Origin: Candidatus Cloacimonadales bacterium
GTDB taxonomy: Bacteria; Cloacimonadota; Cloacimonadia; Cloacimonadales; JAFGVF01
Assembly: GCA_963678315.1 (NCBI GenBank)
Contig: OY782781.1
Location: 864,001 to 928,000, forward strand
Length of the DNA: 64,000 bases
Reading direction: 5' to 3'
Position numbers and translations under genes: made by a program. The notes under the pieces are model-generated. The model ran no database searches. It was not told the origin of the DNA and was given only the letters and a program-made list of their open reading frames with translations. Of the stretch, positions 20,233 to 31,088 are shown in pieces (within the stretch, counting starts at the first letter, position 1; each line of letters begins with the position of its first letter).

Positions 20233-23200
20233 ATGAACCAAAAGCTTTCAAGGCTTTTAGTTGCCCTTACATTTCTTTTATGTGCCACTTTGCTAAGCGC
20301 AACAGTTGGCGGACCTGACACTTATGGATACATGTTTAAGGACAGTAATGAAACTGACGGTCCTGCATATTCATGGATCACACCAAGTACTACTAACGCA
20401 ATTGCAGATTTAGGCGATGATGCTATTTCTGCTGCAGTTCCAATGGGAATTAGCTTCCCATTTTATGATAATGTATATACAGAAATTTATGTAAGTTCAA
20501 ACGGTTTCTTAGCATTTAATGGTGATAGCTCATCATTATCAAATGCTGCTATCCCTACTGCAAGTGCTCCGAATGATATCGTTGCTCTTTTCTGGGATGA
20601 TTTGAATCCTACTTATGACTGGGCTACAAACGGTGTTTATTATGAAAATACTACAATCGATGGCGAAACAGTATTTGTTGTTTCTTTAGTTGATTATGCA
20701 GAATATGGTTCAACAGGAACTTCTCCTGATAACACAATTACTGCACAAGCTATTTTCTTCCCTAATGGTAACATTAGAATGCAATACAATACTTTCGGTG
20801 CAGCTTTTGATTTAACAAGTGCTACTGTTGGTATTGAAAATGTTGATGGTACTGATGGTGTTGCTTATGCATTCAACGATGCTACAAACTTCGTTAATGA
20901 ATTAGCTGTTGAATTTATCAGACCTATTCCTCAAGATTATGATATCAGAGTTTCAATGCTTGAAGTTGCTAACCCAACTCCAACAGTTAACGATGATGTT
21001 AACTTCACTGCAACTGTAGCTAATACAGGTGGTGAAGATGCTTCTGGTTTTGATGTTCAATTAATCGATGCTTCAGACGATTCAGTTCTTGCAACTGTAT
21101 CTCCAGACGCTGTTATTGCTCCTAATGGAACAGCTGACGTAATGATTACTTATGCTTTCACAAGTACAGGTAACCAACAAGTTTATGCTACTACTATCTG
21201 GGCTTCTGATGGCAACAATGACAACAATCACTCTAATACTTTAACTATCGGTGTTCAAGACTCTGGTGTTACAGCTATTACTGTTGGTGATGGTGTTGCT
21301 GAAGTTAATACACATCCATTTAACTTCTATTACAAAAACAGTTTAGCTGAAACTATCTATTTAGCTTCTGAATTAAACTTCGGTGGTCAAATTACAGGTT
21401 TAGCTTATTATAATAATTTCGTTACAGATTTAACTGGCAAACCAGTTAACATTTGGATCGGTGAAACAACTGATACAGAACTTACAGCTTTAATTCCTTC
21501 AACAGATCTTACTGCTGTTTTCGCTGGAACTATTGATGTTCCTGCTGGTCAAAATGCTGTTAATATCACATTCGATACTCCATATAACTATGCTGGTGGA
21601 AACTTAGTTGTTCTTACTGAAAGAGAAATGGATACAGAATATTTCTCATCAAGCGACAAATGGGTTGGTGTAGAAACTGAATTAGCTGGAAGATCTCTAT
21701 ATTGGAGAAGTGATTCTGTTGATTTCGATCCTGCTGCTGAAGCTTCTGCTGGTACAGCTTCTGTTTTCATGCCTAAAACTACATTATATGCAGTTATCGA
21801 AGGTATGGGTTCAGTTGCTGGTACAGTAACAGATGGTACAAACCCTCTTGCTGATGTTGCATTAGCTATTGAAGGTACAAACTATTCAACAATGACTGCT
21901 GCTGATGGTTCATTTGAATTTGCATTTGTTGCTGAAGGTACTGATTATGTAATGAACGCTTCTTTATTCGGTTATGAAGATGCTACTTCTGCTGCATTTA
22001 ACGTAGTTGAAGATCAAGAAACTACAGTTAACTTAACTATGACATCACTTCCAATGGTTGAAGTTTCTGGTCAAGTTATCACTAATGATACTGGTGCTGG
22101 AATCCAAGCTCATGTTTCTTTAACTGGTTACCAAGCTTATGAAGCTGACACTGATGCTTCTGGTTACTTTGCTATTGATGTATATGCTAACCAAACTTAT
22201 CAAGGTACAGCTACTGCTGATGGTTACCAAGCTGGTTCATTCACAGCTGCTGTTGCTGATATGGATTTAGACTTAGGTACAGTTCTTGTTACTGAAAACT
22301 TATACCCTGCTTCTAATGTTGTTGCAGCTTATGATAATGGCAATGCTGTTATTACATGGGACGAACCTAACACTGCTGGTGGTGGCGATGCTATCATGGA
22401 AAGCTTTGAAGGTGAATTCCCTCCAACAGATTGGATGATTCAAAATACTAATACTACTGCTACTTGGCAACAAGCTGAAATCGTATCATTCTCAGACGGT
22501 GATGTTGTTCCTACTGAAGGTTCATTCCAAGCTCAATTAGGTTGGGATTATGCAGCACAAGACGAATGGTTAATTACTAATGAAATGACTTGCCCTGCAG
22601 GTAACTTAGTATTTGATTTCTACGGACACTATGGTTCTACTCACTTAGATAACTACTATGTGAAAGTTTCTACTGATGGTGGTTCTAACTGGACTGCTTT
22701 ATGGAATGCAACTGACCTTCCTGAAGCGGATAACCATTATGACACTCCTATTTCAATCGACTTATCAGCTTATGCTGGTCAAATGGTTAAAATTGCATGG
22801 CAAGGTGTTGATGGTGATGGTGCTGGTTTATGGTACACAACATTTATCGATAACGTAAACATTGGTGGAAGAGCTATCCGTGCTAATGAAATCGCTACTG
22901 TAAGTAAAGGTTTCAAAACATCAAATATTACTAGAACAGACAATAGATTAAAAAGAGATATCAATGAACCTGCTTACATGCCTATGGCTAACTTAGCAAG
23001 TCGTGCATTTGAATCTTATAATGTATATCGTTTCTTATTAGAAGACGAAATGAATATGGACAACTGGACTTTAGTTGCTGAAGATGTAACTGCATTAACT
23101 TATACAGATACAGATTGGTCTACTTTAGCTGGTGGTTTCTATATGTATGCTGTAGCTGCTGTTTATACTAATGGTGCAGAAGCTACTCCTGCTGTTTCTA

Positions 23201-25569
23201 ACTACTTACAAATGGCTGAAATGGCTACTGTAACATTCGATGTTGATTCTAACTTAGGTACTGACATTGAAGGTGCAGAATGTAATTTAGTTGCTCAAGT
23301 TGCTAACCCTGATGGCACATTCAACACTTATATGGTTGAAACTGATGCTATGGGTGATGCTTCTATCGAAGTTATCATGGGAATGTATGATGTAACTATC
23401 ATGGCTTCTGGTTTCTCAGTTTATACTGGTGAAGTTGACGCTACTGCTGATGTTACTGTTACTGCTACTCTTGATGAACAAGCTAACCCTCCTACAGCTG
23501 TTATGGCTGAACAAGTTGATGACGATGCTGTTATCACTTGGGGCGAACCTGGTGCTGGTGGCGGAACTGGTGATGCTGTATTTGAAAGCTTCGAAGGTGA
23601 ATTCCCTCCAACAGATTGGATGATTCAAAATACTAATACTACTGCTACTTGGCAACAAGCTGAAGTTGTATCATTCTCAGATGGTGATGTTGTTCCTACT
23701 GAAGGTTCATTCCAAGCTCAATTAGGTTGGGATTATGCAGCACAAGACGAATGGTTAATTACTAATGAAATGACTTGCCCTGCAGGTAACTTAGTATTTG
23801 ATTTCTACGGACACTATGGTTCTACTCACTTAGATAACTACTATGTGAATATTTCTACTGATGCTGGTTCTACATGGACTGCATTATGGAATGCTACTGA
23901 CCTTCCTGAAGGCGATAACCATTATGATGCTCCTATTTCAATCGACTTATCAGCTTATGCTGGTCAAATGGTTAAAATTGCATGGCAAGGTGTTGATGGT
24001 GATGGTGCTGGTTTATGGTACACAACATTTATCGACAACGTAACAATCGGTGGAAGAGCTATCCGTGCTAATGAAGTTGTTGCTGTAAGCAAAGCTTCTA
24101 GAACATCTATGGCTGCTTTAAAAGATGTTTCTAATACTACAAATAGATTAAAAAGAGATGCTACTGAAGCTCCTTACATGGCTTTAAGCTTTACTTCAGA
24201 TGTTAATGCTCCTGTTGTTAACTCAACATTCAATACTAGAGACCTTCAAGGTTATAAAGTATGGAGATTATTAGCTACTGATCAAGGTAATGAAGCTAAC
24301 TGGACTCTTCTTACAACTGACGCTATTACAGAATTAACTTATACAGATACTGACTGGGATGCTCAAGCTTCTGGCGTATACTTATTTGCTGTAAAAGCTA
24401 TCTACTCTAATGACAACATGTCTGATGCTGCTTTCTCTAATGAATTAGAAAAAGATATGTATGGTATGGTTGACGGTACTGTAACTGATGCTTCTGGTAA
24501 TGCTATTGCTGGTGCAACTGTTGCTTTAGATATGTATACTGCTACAACAGACGCTTCTGGATATTTCTTATTTACAGACGTTTATGCAGGTATGTATGAT
24601 ATCTCTGCTTCAGCTACTGGTTATGTTGCTTCAACTCAATCAATAACAGTTGTTGGTACTCAATTAACTACAGTTAACTTCTCATTAGAAGCTTCTAATG
24701 TTATCTTTGAAGATACTTTCGAATCTTATGATGACTTCTCATTAGAAATGGGTCAATTAACTCTTGTTGATAATGACTTAAATACTACTTATGGTTTCCA
24801 AGGTACTACATTCTTACACACTGGTGAAGCAATGTCTTACATCGTATTTAATCCAAACTCAACAGAACCTGTACTTGATGGTGAAGATTTCTTAGCTTAC
24901 TCAGGTGACAAATATGCTGCTTGTTTCGCTGCTATGGCTCCTTCAACTCAAAACGATGATTGGATGATGACTCCTGTTATCGAATTAGCTGCTGGTGGTT
25001 CATTCAGCTTTATGGCTAAATCATATACTCATGATTACGGTGCAGAAAGATTTAACGTTCTAGTTTCTGATGGTTCAACTAACCCTAATGACTTCACAGT
25101 TATTTCAGGTAATAGTGAAATTGAAGCTCCACTTGCTTGGACTAACTTCACTTATGACTTATCAGCTTATGCTAACTCTTCAATCAGATTGGCAATCCAA
25201 TGTGTATCTAATGATGCATTTATCTTCATGGTAGATGATCTTGCTATCGATGCACCAGGTGGAACACCTACTGTTGATAATGAAGTTCCTGCTGTTTCAA
25301 TGTTACAAGGTAACTATCCTAACCCATTCAACCCTGAAACTACTATCGCTTTCTCAACAAAAGAAAACGGTCCTGTTTCTATTGATATCTTCAATGTTAA
25401 GGGTCAAAAAGTTAGAACTCTTGTAAATGACAACATGGAAGCTGGTAACCATACTGTTGTTTGGAATGGTCAAAATGATAATGGTAAGAATGTTGCTTCT
25501 GGTGTATTCTTCTACAGAATGAAATCAGGAAAATATTCTTCAACTAAGAAAATGATTCTTATGAAATAG
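20233..25569 (+). CDS. Large secreted multidomain surface protein/adhesin (CARDB-like, carboxypeptidase-regulatory-like, cleaved-adhesin/choice-of-anchor J domains, FlgD/T9SS-type C-terminal domain)
   Basis: Signal peptide, GGPDTYGY N-terminus, QDEWLIT and NDDWMMTP adhesin motifs, C-terminus NYPNPFNPETTI...KKMILMK; SD GAGGAGG. Confidence 0.85.
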   Translation: MNQKLSRLLVALTFLLCATLLSATVGGPDTYGYMFKDSNETDGPAYSWITPSTTNAIADLGDDAISAAVPMGISFPFYDNVYTEIYVSSNGFLAFNGDSSSLSNAAIPTASAPNDIVALFWDDLNPTYDWATNGVYYENTTIDGETVFVVSLVDYAEYGSTGTSPDNTITAQAIFFPNGNIRMQYNTFGAAFDLTSATVGIENVDGTDGVAYAFNDATNFVNELAVEFIRPIPQDYDIRVSMLEVANPTPTVNDDVNFTATVANTGGEDASGFDVQLIDASDDSVLATVSPDAVIAPNGTADVMITYAFTSTGNQQVYATTIWASDGNNDNNHSNTLTIGVQDSGVTAITVGDGVAEVNTHPFNFYYKNSLAETIYLASELNFGGQITGLAYYNNFVTDLTGKPVNIWIGETTDTELTALIPSTDLTAVFAGTIDVPAGQNAVNITFDTPYNYAGGNLVVLTEREMDTEYFSSSDKWVGVETELAGRSLYWRSDSVDFDPAAEASAGTASVFMPKTTLYAVIEGMGSVAGTVTDGTNPLADVALAIEGTNYSTMTAADGSFEFAFVAEGTDYVMNASLFGYEDATSAAFNVVEDQETTVNLTMTSLPMVEVSGQVITNDTGAGIQAHVSLTGYQAYEADTDASGYFAIDVYANQTYQGTATADGYQAGSFTAAVADMDLDLGTVLVTENLYPASNVVAAYDNGNAVITWDEPNTAGGGDAIMESFEGEFPPTDWMIQNTNTTATWQQAEIVSFSDGDVVPTEGSFQAQLGWDYAAQDEWLITNEMTCPAGNLVFDFYGHYGSTHLDNYYVKVSTDGGSNWTALWNATDLPEADNHYDTPISIDLSAYAGQMVKIAWQGVDGDGAGLWYTTFIDNVNIGGRAIRANEIATVSKGFKTSNITRTDNRLKRDINEPAYMPMANLASRAFESYNVYRFLLEDEMNMDNWTLVAEDVTALTYTDTDWSTLAGGFYMYAVAAVYTNGAEATPAVSNYLQMAEMATVTFDVDSNLGTDIEGAECNLVAQVANPDGTFNTYMVETDAMGDASIEVIMGMYDVTIMASGFSVYTGEVDATADVTVTATLDEQANPPTAVMAEQVDDDAVITWGEPGAGGGTGDAVFESFEGEFPPTDWMIQNTNTTATWQQAEVVSFSDGDVVPTEGSFQAQLGWDYAAQDEWLITNEMTCPAGNLVFDFYGHYGSTHLDNYYVNISTDAGSTWTALWNATDLPEGDNHYDAPISIDLSAYAGQMVKIAWQGVDGDGAGLWYTTFIDNVTIGGRAIRANEVVAVSKASRTSMAALKDVSNTTNRLKRDATEAPYMALSFTSDVNAPVVNSTFNTRDLQGYKVWRLLATDQGNEANWTLLTTDAITELTYTDTDWDAQASGVYLFAVKAIYSNDNMSDAAFSNELEKDMYGMVDGTVTDASGNAIAGATVALDMYTATTDASGYFLFTDVYAGMYDISASATGYVASTQSITVVGTQLTTVNFSLEASNVIFEDTFESYDDFSLEMGQLTLVDNDLNTTYGFQGTTFLHTGEAMSYIVFNPNSTEPVLDGEDFLAYSGDKYAACFAAMAPSTQNDDWMMTPVIELAAGGSFSFMAKSYTHDYGAERFNVLVSDGSTNPNDFTVISGNSEIEAPLAWTNFTYDLSAYANSSIRLAIQCVSNDAFIFMVDDLAIDAPGGTPTVDNEVPAVSMLQGNYPNPFNPETTIAFSTKENGPVSIDIFNVKGQKVRTLVNDNMEAGNHTVVWNGQNDNGKNVASGVFFYRMKSGKYSSTKKMILMK
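22399..24075 (+). repeat. Intragenic ~490-bp direct repeat (22399-22890 and 23584-24075)
   Basis: Offset 1185 bp (395 codons); a ~165-bp stretch is identical at nucleotide level. Confidence 0.92.
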
Positions 25570-25605
25570 TATTTATATACTAAATTCATAATTGAAAATT
25601 AATAA

Positions 25606-25636
25606 AGAAGGCTGACCTTGTGTCAGCCTTTTCTTA
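25606..25636 (+). terminator. Intrinsic terminator
   Basis: AAGGCTGAC-CTTGT-GTCAGCCTT followed by TTCTT. Confidence 0.75.
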
Positions 25637-25688
25637 TTATATAGTCTGCGAGCTATTTTTTTCCATTTATAGCTCCAGTAACTCCTAG

Positions 25689-25932
25689 CTTACTGGCCTC
25701 CTTGAAAAATCGGCTTTTTTTCAAGGTGGCAAGTAAGGACGTAGAGAATTTTGGTACTTGATAGAGTGTAAGCATCCACCGATGAGACCTTTTTATTATC
25801 ACTGGGATCGCCAGCCTCCGTGCTGGCTTCACTTAGAACATATAGTGATAAGAGAATTTGAAGCCGGCTAGCAGCCAGCGTTCCCAGTAAGAGTCAAGCA
25901 GGGACTGTGACAGGAAAGACTGTTGCTTGCAA
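25689..25932. repeat. Repeat mosaic: inverted family A, partial family B paired with an inverted ACTGGGAAC unit, plus family C
   Basis: 25689-25738 family A; 25801-25888 ACTGGG...CCCAGT doublet; 25898-25931 GCAGGGACTGTGACAG..ACTGTTGCTTGCA, inverted at about 38465-38498. Confidence 0.82.
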
Positions 25933-26110
25933 GCAAAAAAAATAGAAAAAAATACCAAAAGTGTGCCTAAATCAAGAAAAGTGTGCCCATAGTATTAGTG
26001 AGGGCAATTAAAAATATTGACATAATATAAGAGGGTAAGAAGGTAACTTAATAAGTTTATTTCGTTTTATAATATAGTTTTGAAGAATAATCCTGTAAGG
26101 AGAATATAAA

Positions 26111-27397
26111 TTGAGTTCAATAATAATTGCTTTAATAATACTAGGTGTATTAGTAACAGTTCATGAGGGTGGACACTTTATTGCTGCTAGATTGTGTGGA
26201 ATAAGAGTAGAAAAGTTCTCAGTAGGTTTTGGTAAGCCTATATTTAAATTTGTTAAGAATGGAGTTGAGTATTCATTATCTTGGATTCCTTTAGGTGGCT
26301 ATGTTAAAATGAAGGGGGATAACCCTAATGATGAAACTAGCGATCCAGACACCTTCTTTAATGCGAGTTGGTGGAAGAGAATTATTGTTGCTTTTGCAGG
26401 TCCTTTTACTAATTTAATTTTTGGATTACTAGTAATAATAACATCTTTCTTCTTTTCCCAACAGTCTTATGACCATGAAGCTATTGTTGATAAAGTTTCT
26501 GGTAATTTAGCTAAATATATCCAATCTGGTGATGAAATAATAAAAGTTAACTCCAAAGAGGTTAAGGGTTGGTATTCTACTCTTGGAGAAATTAAAGATG
26601 GGGAAGACAACAAGATTGTTGTGTTAAGGAATGGAGAAAATATATCCTTAGATATTCCTGATGTAAGCTTAAAAGACTGGTTAAATTCAGAAAATATCAG
26701 ACCAGTTATATCTGCAGTTGTAGGAGAAATCATACCTAATACTCCTGCTTATCAAGCTGATTTGAAAGAGGGTGATGAAATTATCAAAGTGGGAGATAAG
26801 AAGGTTAATAATTGGTATGAAATGACTGAAGAAATACAGAATTCTTCTGATAGTGTGAATCTCACAATTCTAAGAGATGATAAAGAAATACAGAAAGAAT
26901 TAACAAAGCAAGAAGTTCCAGATTCAGATAGAAAGATTATTGGGGTTCTGCAAAAACTTCCACTTCTTAGCCAAGAGAAATATAGTCCCAAAGAAGCGAT
27001 TGTTTACGGAACTAATTATACTTTTGGCATAGTTGCTATGAATTATAAAGGAATATACAGTCTAATTAAAAAACCATCTTCTATTAAGGGATCTATCGGT
27101 GGACCAGTGATGATGTTCACTACTGGGAAAAAATATGCAGAACAAGGCATTGCAAAAGGATTGCAGTTTGTTGGATTGCTTAATATTGTTCTCATGGTGA
27201 TGAATCTACTACCGATACCAGTTCTTGATGGTGGACATATTTTATTTAGTTTTATTGAAGGTATCAGAGGAAAAAGGCTAACAACTAAGACGCAAATGGC
27301 TTTGCAACAAGTTGGATTGTTCTTCTTACTTGCCCTGATGATGTATGCTTTTTATTCTGACTTTTCAGGGATAATCTCTAGGTACAATAGTAATTAG
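26111..27397 (+). CDS. rseP: Site-2 intramembrane metalloprotease RseP (2 PDZ domains)
   Basis: HEGGH, PLGGYVKM, AFAGPFTN, NLLPIPVLDGGH; TTG start after AAGGAG. Confidence 0.95.
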   Translation: MSSIIIALIILGVLVTVHEGGHFIAARLCGIRVEKFSVGFGKPIFKFVKNGVEYSLSWIPLGGYVKMKGDNPNDETSDPDTFFNASWWKRIIVAFAGPFTNLIFGLLVIITSFFFSQQSYDHEAIVDKVSGNLAKYIQSGDEIIKVNSKEVKGWYSTLGEIKDGEDNKIVVLRNGENISLDIPDVSLKDWLNSENIRPVISAVVGEIIPNTPAYQADLKEGDEIIKVGDKKVNNWYEMTEEIQNSSDSVNLTILRDDKEIQKELTKQEVPDSDRKIIGVLQKLPLLSQEKYSPKEAIVYGTNYTFGIVAMNYKGIYSLIKKPSSIKGSIGGPVMMFTTGKKYAEQGIAKGLQFVGLLNIVLMVMNLLPIPVLDGGHILFSFIEGIRGKRLTTKTQMALQQVGLFFLLALMMYAFYSDFSGIISRYNSN

Positions 27398-27400
27398 AAT

Positions 27401-27794
27401 AACACTGGGAACGCTGGCTGCTAGCCGGCTTAGTAAAACACTGGGAACGCTGGCCTCCGTGCCGGCTTCAAAAAAAACTGGGAACGCTGGCCTCCGTGCC
27501 GGCTTTATAAAACACTGGGAACGCTGGCTGCTAGCCGGCTTCAAAAACACTGGGAACGCTGGCCTCCGTGCCGGCTTCAAAAACACTGGGAACGCTGGCC
27601 TCCGTGCCGGCTTCAAAAACACTGGGAACGCTGGCCTCAGTGCCGGCTTCAAAAACACTGGGAACGCTGGCCTCAGTGCCGGCTTCATAAAACACTGGGA
27701 ACGCTGGCCTCAGTGCCGGCTTAATAAAACACTGGGAACGCTGGCCTCCGTGCCGGCTTCAAAAAAAACTGGGAACGCTGGCTGCTAGCCGGCT
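27401..27794. repeat. Tandem array of 11 REP-like hairpin units (35-37 bp)
   Basis: Unit = ACTGGGAAC-GCTGGC-[CTCCGT/CTCAGT/TGCTA]-GCCGGC-T + A-rich linker. Confidence 0.95.
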
Positions 27795-27873
27795 AACACT
27801 GGTAAGACAAGCTTTTAGCTTGCAAACAAAAATAAAAAGAAACATTCATTTCGAATGTTATAATAGGAGTTGA

Positions 27874-28992
<1,119 letters not shown>

Positions 28993-29051
28993 ATTCTTGT
29001 AAATTAAGGTAAATCTGCTATTTTATAAGTAAATAAATGAAAGAAGGTATT

Positions 29052-29531
29052 ATGAAGAAAATTATTATATTAATATTACTTTCAATGTTTTGTCTAACTG
29101 CATTTGCAGAGGATGATGTCTTTGATATTAACTTATATAAGTTGCCTAAAGAAGCAATCAATGAGCAACACATTGAAATAAGAGATAGTATTGCTTATTA
29201 TCAGGGGGATTTATTTACTGGAGTAAGTTATTCTGTCTTTGAAGATAATCAACTAGAGCAAGTTTTTAGTTATTTAAAAGGCAAATTGAACGGTCCTAGC
29301 TACGCTTGGTATGAGGATGGAACAAATGCAATGCAGGCAAATTACGTTAATGGTTACTTGAATGGAAGGTTTATTGCTTGGTCAAGTTATGGTTCAATAA
29401 TTTATGATATTTTCTTTGACAAGAATCAATTTAGATTTGATCTTCAGCTCAATAGAGATCTTACTCGAGAAGATGAATCAGAAGATGATTCTGATAGTGA
29501 AGGTGATAACAAAGAGAGTGGTGGAGAGTAG
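29052..29531 (+). CDS. Secreted MORN-variant repeat protein with acidic tail
   Basis: Signal peptide; FTG...YLKGKLNGPSYAWYEDG...YVNGYLNGRFIAW repeats. ORF track starts at 29037. Confidence 0.7.
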   Translation: MKKIIILILLSMFCLTAFAEDDVFDINLYKLPKEAINEQHIEIRDSIAYYQGDLFTGVSYSVFEDNQLEQVFSYLKGKLNGPSYAWYEDGTNAMQANYVNGYLNGRFIAWSSYGSIIYDIFFDKNQFRFDLQLNRDLTREDESEDDSDSEGDNKESGGE

Positions 29532-29593
29532 GTTTTTAATGCTTCTATTGAAGAGTAGGGGCTATTATTTCAGTAGATAGAGGATTTAGAGAA

Positions 29594-30397
29594 ATGAACA
29601 ATGTAACTTCATTCAAGAGAATGAAAAAACAAGCAAATAAAATTGTGATGATAACAGCTTATGATTATCCTAGTGGCAAACAAGTTGAAACAGCAGGAGT
29701 TGATGTAATACTTGTTGGGGACAGCTTAGGTATGGTTGTTTTAGGCTATGAGAATACTCTAGAAGTGACTATGGAAGATATCATACATCACACTAAAGCA
29801 ACTCGTAGGGGAGCAAAAGATACATTTATTGTCGCTGATATGCCTTATATGAGTTATCACTTAGATATTAATACAACAAAGCAAAATGCGGCAAAGCTGA
29901 TAGTTGAAGGCAGAGCTAATGCAGTAAAACTAGAAGGTGGAAGTGATAGCAGGCTTCAAGCAATAAAGGAGATTGTTGATTGTGAGATTCCTGTAGTTGC
30001 TCACTTGGGTTTAACCCCTCAGTCAGTTAATAAATTTGGGGGCTATAGGGTTCAAGGTAAAAGCGAAGACATGTATAACAAGATTTTATTGCAAGCTAAG
30101 AAAGTTGAAAATGCAGGTGCTTTCATGTTAGTTCTTGAAGGAGTACCTGAAGCTTTAGCAAAAGAAATTACTGAATCAATATCTATTCCTACAATTGGTA
30201 TTGGAGCAGGTAAATATACAGATGGTCAAGTATTGGTTTATCATGATATGTTAGGGATTTATGAAAATACAGCAAAATTCGTTAAGGAATATGCTAAATT
30301 AGACCAAGTAGTAGGGAGTGCTATTCAAGAGTATATTCAAGATGTTAAAGATAGTAAGTTCCCTGAAAACAAGCACACTTATGTGCCAATCAAGTAA
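29594..30397 (+). CDS. panB: 3-methyl-2-oxobutanoate hydroxymethyltransferase
   Basis: MITAYD, ILVGDSLGM, ADMPYMSY, AVKLEGG, HLGLTPQS, DGQVLV. Confidence 0.97.
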   Translation: MNNVTSFKRMKKQANKIVMITAYDYPSGKQVETAGVDVILVGDSLGMVVLGYENTLEVTMEDIIHHTKATRRGAKDTFIVADMPYMSYHLDINTTKQNAAKLIVEGRANAVKLEGGSDSRLQAIKEIVDCEIPVVAHLGLTPQSVNKFGGYRVQGKSEDMYNKILLQAKKVENAGAFMLVLEGVPEALAKEITESISIPTIGIGAGKYTDGQVLVYHDMLGIYENTAKFVKEYAKLDQVVGSAIQEYIQDVKDSKFPENKHTYVPIK

Positions 30398-30416
30398 TAT
30401 TAAATAAGGAAGAATA

Positions 30417-31040
30417 ATGCAGGAATTTTTTGCTAATAGAAGTAACGATATGACTCCTGAAGAGAAGTTTCAGGCTATTGGAGTATTGAAAGATAGATTG
30501 GAAGAAGATTTTGTAACTTTGGGTGAGTTGCTTTCAGAAATTAAAAGAATGAGAACATTCAAAATTAAAGGTGCTAAGAATTTCAAAGAGTTTGTTGAAA
30601 CTGAATATAATATGTCAAACAGTTTAGCTTCTAAATTGATAGGAATCTATGACTTATATGTTAAGGATTTGAATATTGATACACAAACAGTTAAAGAAAT
30701 CGGCATGGATAGATTAAATCTTATTAAACCTTTAATCAAAGATTCTTCATTTGAAGTACAAGAAGAGTGGGTTAAACAGGCTGAAGAGCTTAGTCATCAA
30801 GACTTGAAAGAAAAGATAAAAGAGATTAGAGACCAAGAAAAAGAGAATTCTAAGACCTTGAAAGATGTTCTAGTTGAACAGTACTTAGATAACATGAAAG
30901 GTTACTTTAATTGTTCTGGAAAAGAACTTAATTATAAGTTAGCTCTCTTCTTTCAAGATGCAGATTTAGAAAAGATAAATGATGTTATTAGAGATAAACA
31001 AAGAAAGTTTGAAGAAGAAATTAAAGGAGATAATATATAG
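30417..31040 (+). CDS. Hypothetical helical protein
   Basis: 207-aa ORF with SD and normal codon usage, inside a co-directional run; no firm family call. Confidence 0.7.
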   Translation: MQEFFANRSNDMTPEEKFQAIGVLKDRLEEDFVTLGELLSEIKRMRTFKIKGAKNFKEFVETEYNMSNSLASKLIGIYDLYVKDLNIDTQTVKEIGMDRLNLIKPLIKDSSFEVQEEWVKQAEELSHQDLKEKIKEIRDQEKENSKTLKDVLVEQYLDNMKGYFNCSGKELNYKLALFFQDADLEKINDVIRDKQRKFEEEIKGDNI

Positions 31041-31088
31041 ATAGTTGCTGAGAAAACCGATTTTACAATAAACATTTTAGAGGAAATT

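Noticed and set aside
22399..24075. Diversity-generating retroelement template/variable repeat pair
   Set aside because: Both copies are in-frame domains of one gene, differences are not evidently adenine-specific, and there is no reverse transcriptase in the window.
21588..25426. Small alternative-frame and antisense ORFs inside the large adhesin, including the duplicated 60-aa pair
   Set aside because: By-products of biased codon usage and the internal repeat.
27365..27788. ORFs 27365-27688 (-) and 27459-27788 (+) with 12-aa repeats
   Set aside because: Translations of the 36-bp repeat; no RBS, and frames shift with linker length.
27401..27794. CRISPR array or TIGR-like guide array (unit length ~36 nt)
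   Set aside because: The variable parts are three recurring loop alleles and A-rich linkers, not unique spacers. No cas or Nop-domain gene is recognisable nearby, and monomers are dispersed like REPs.
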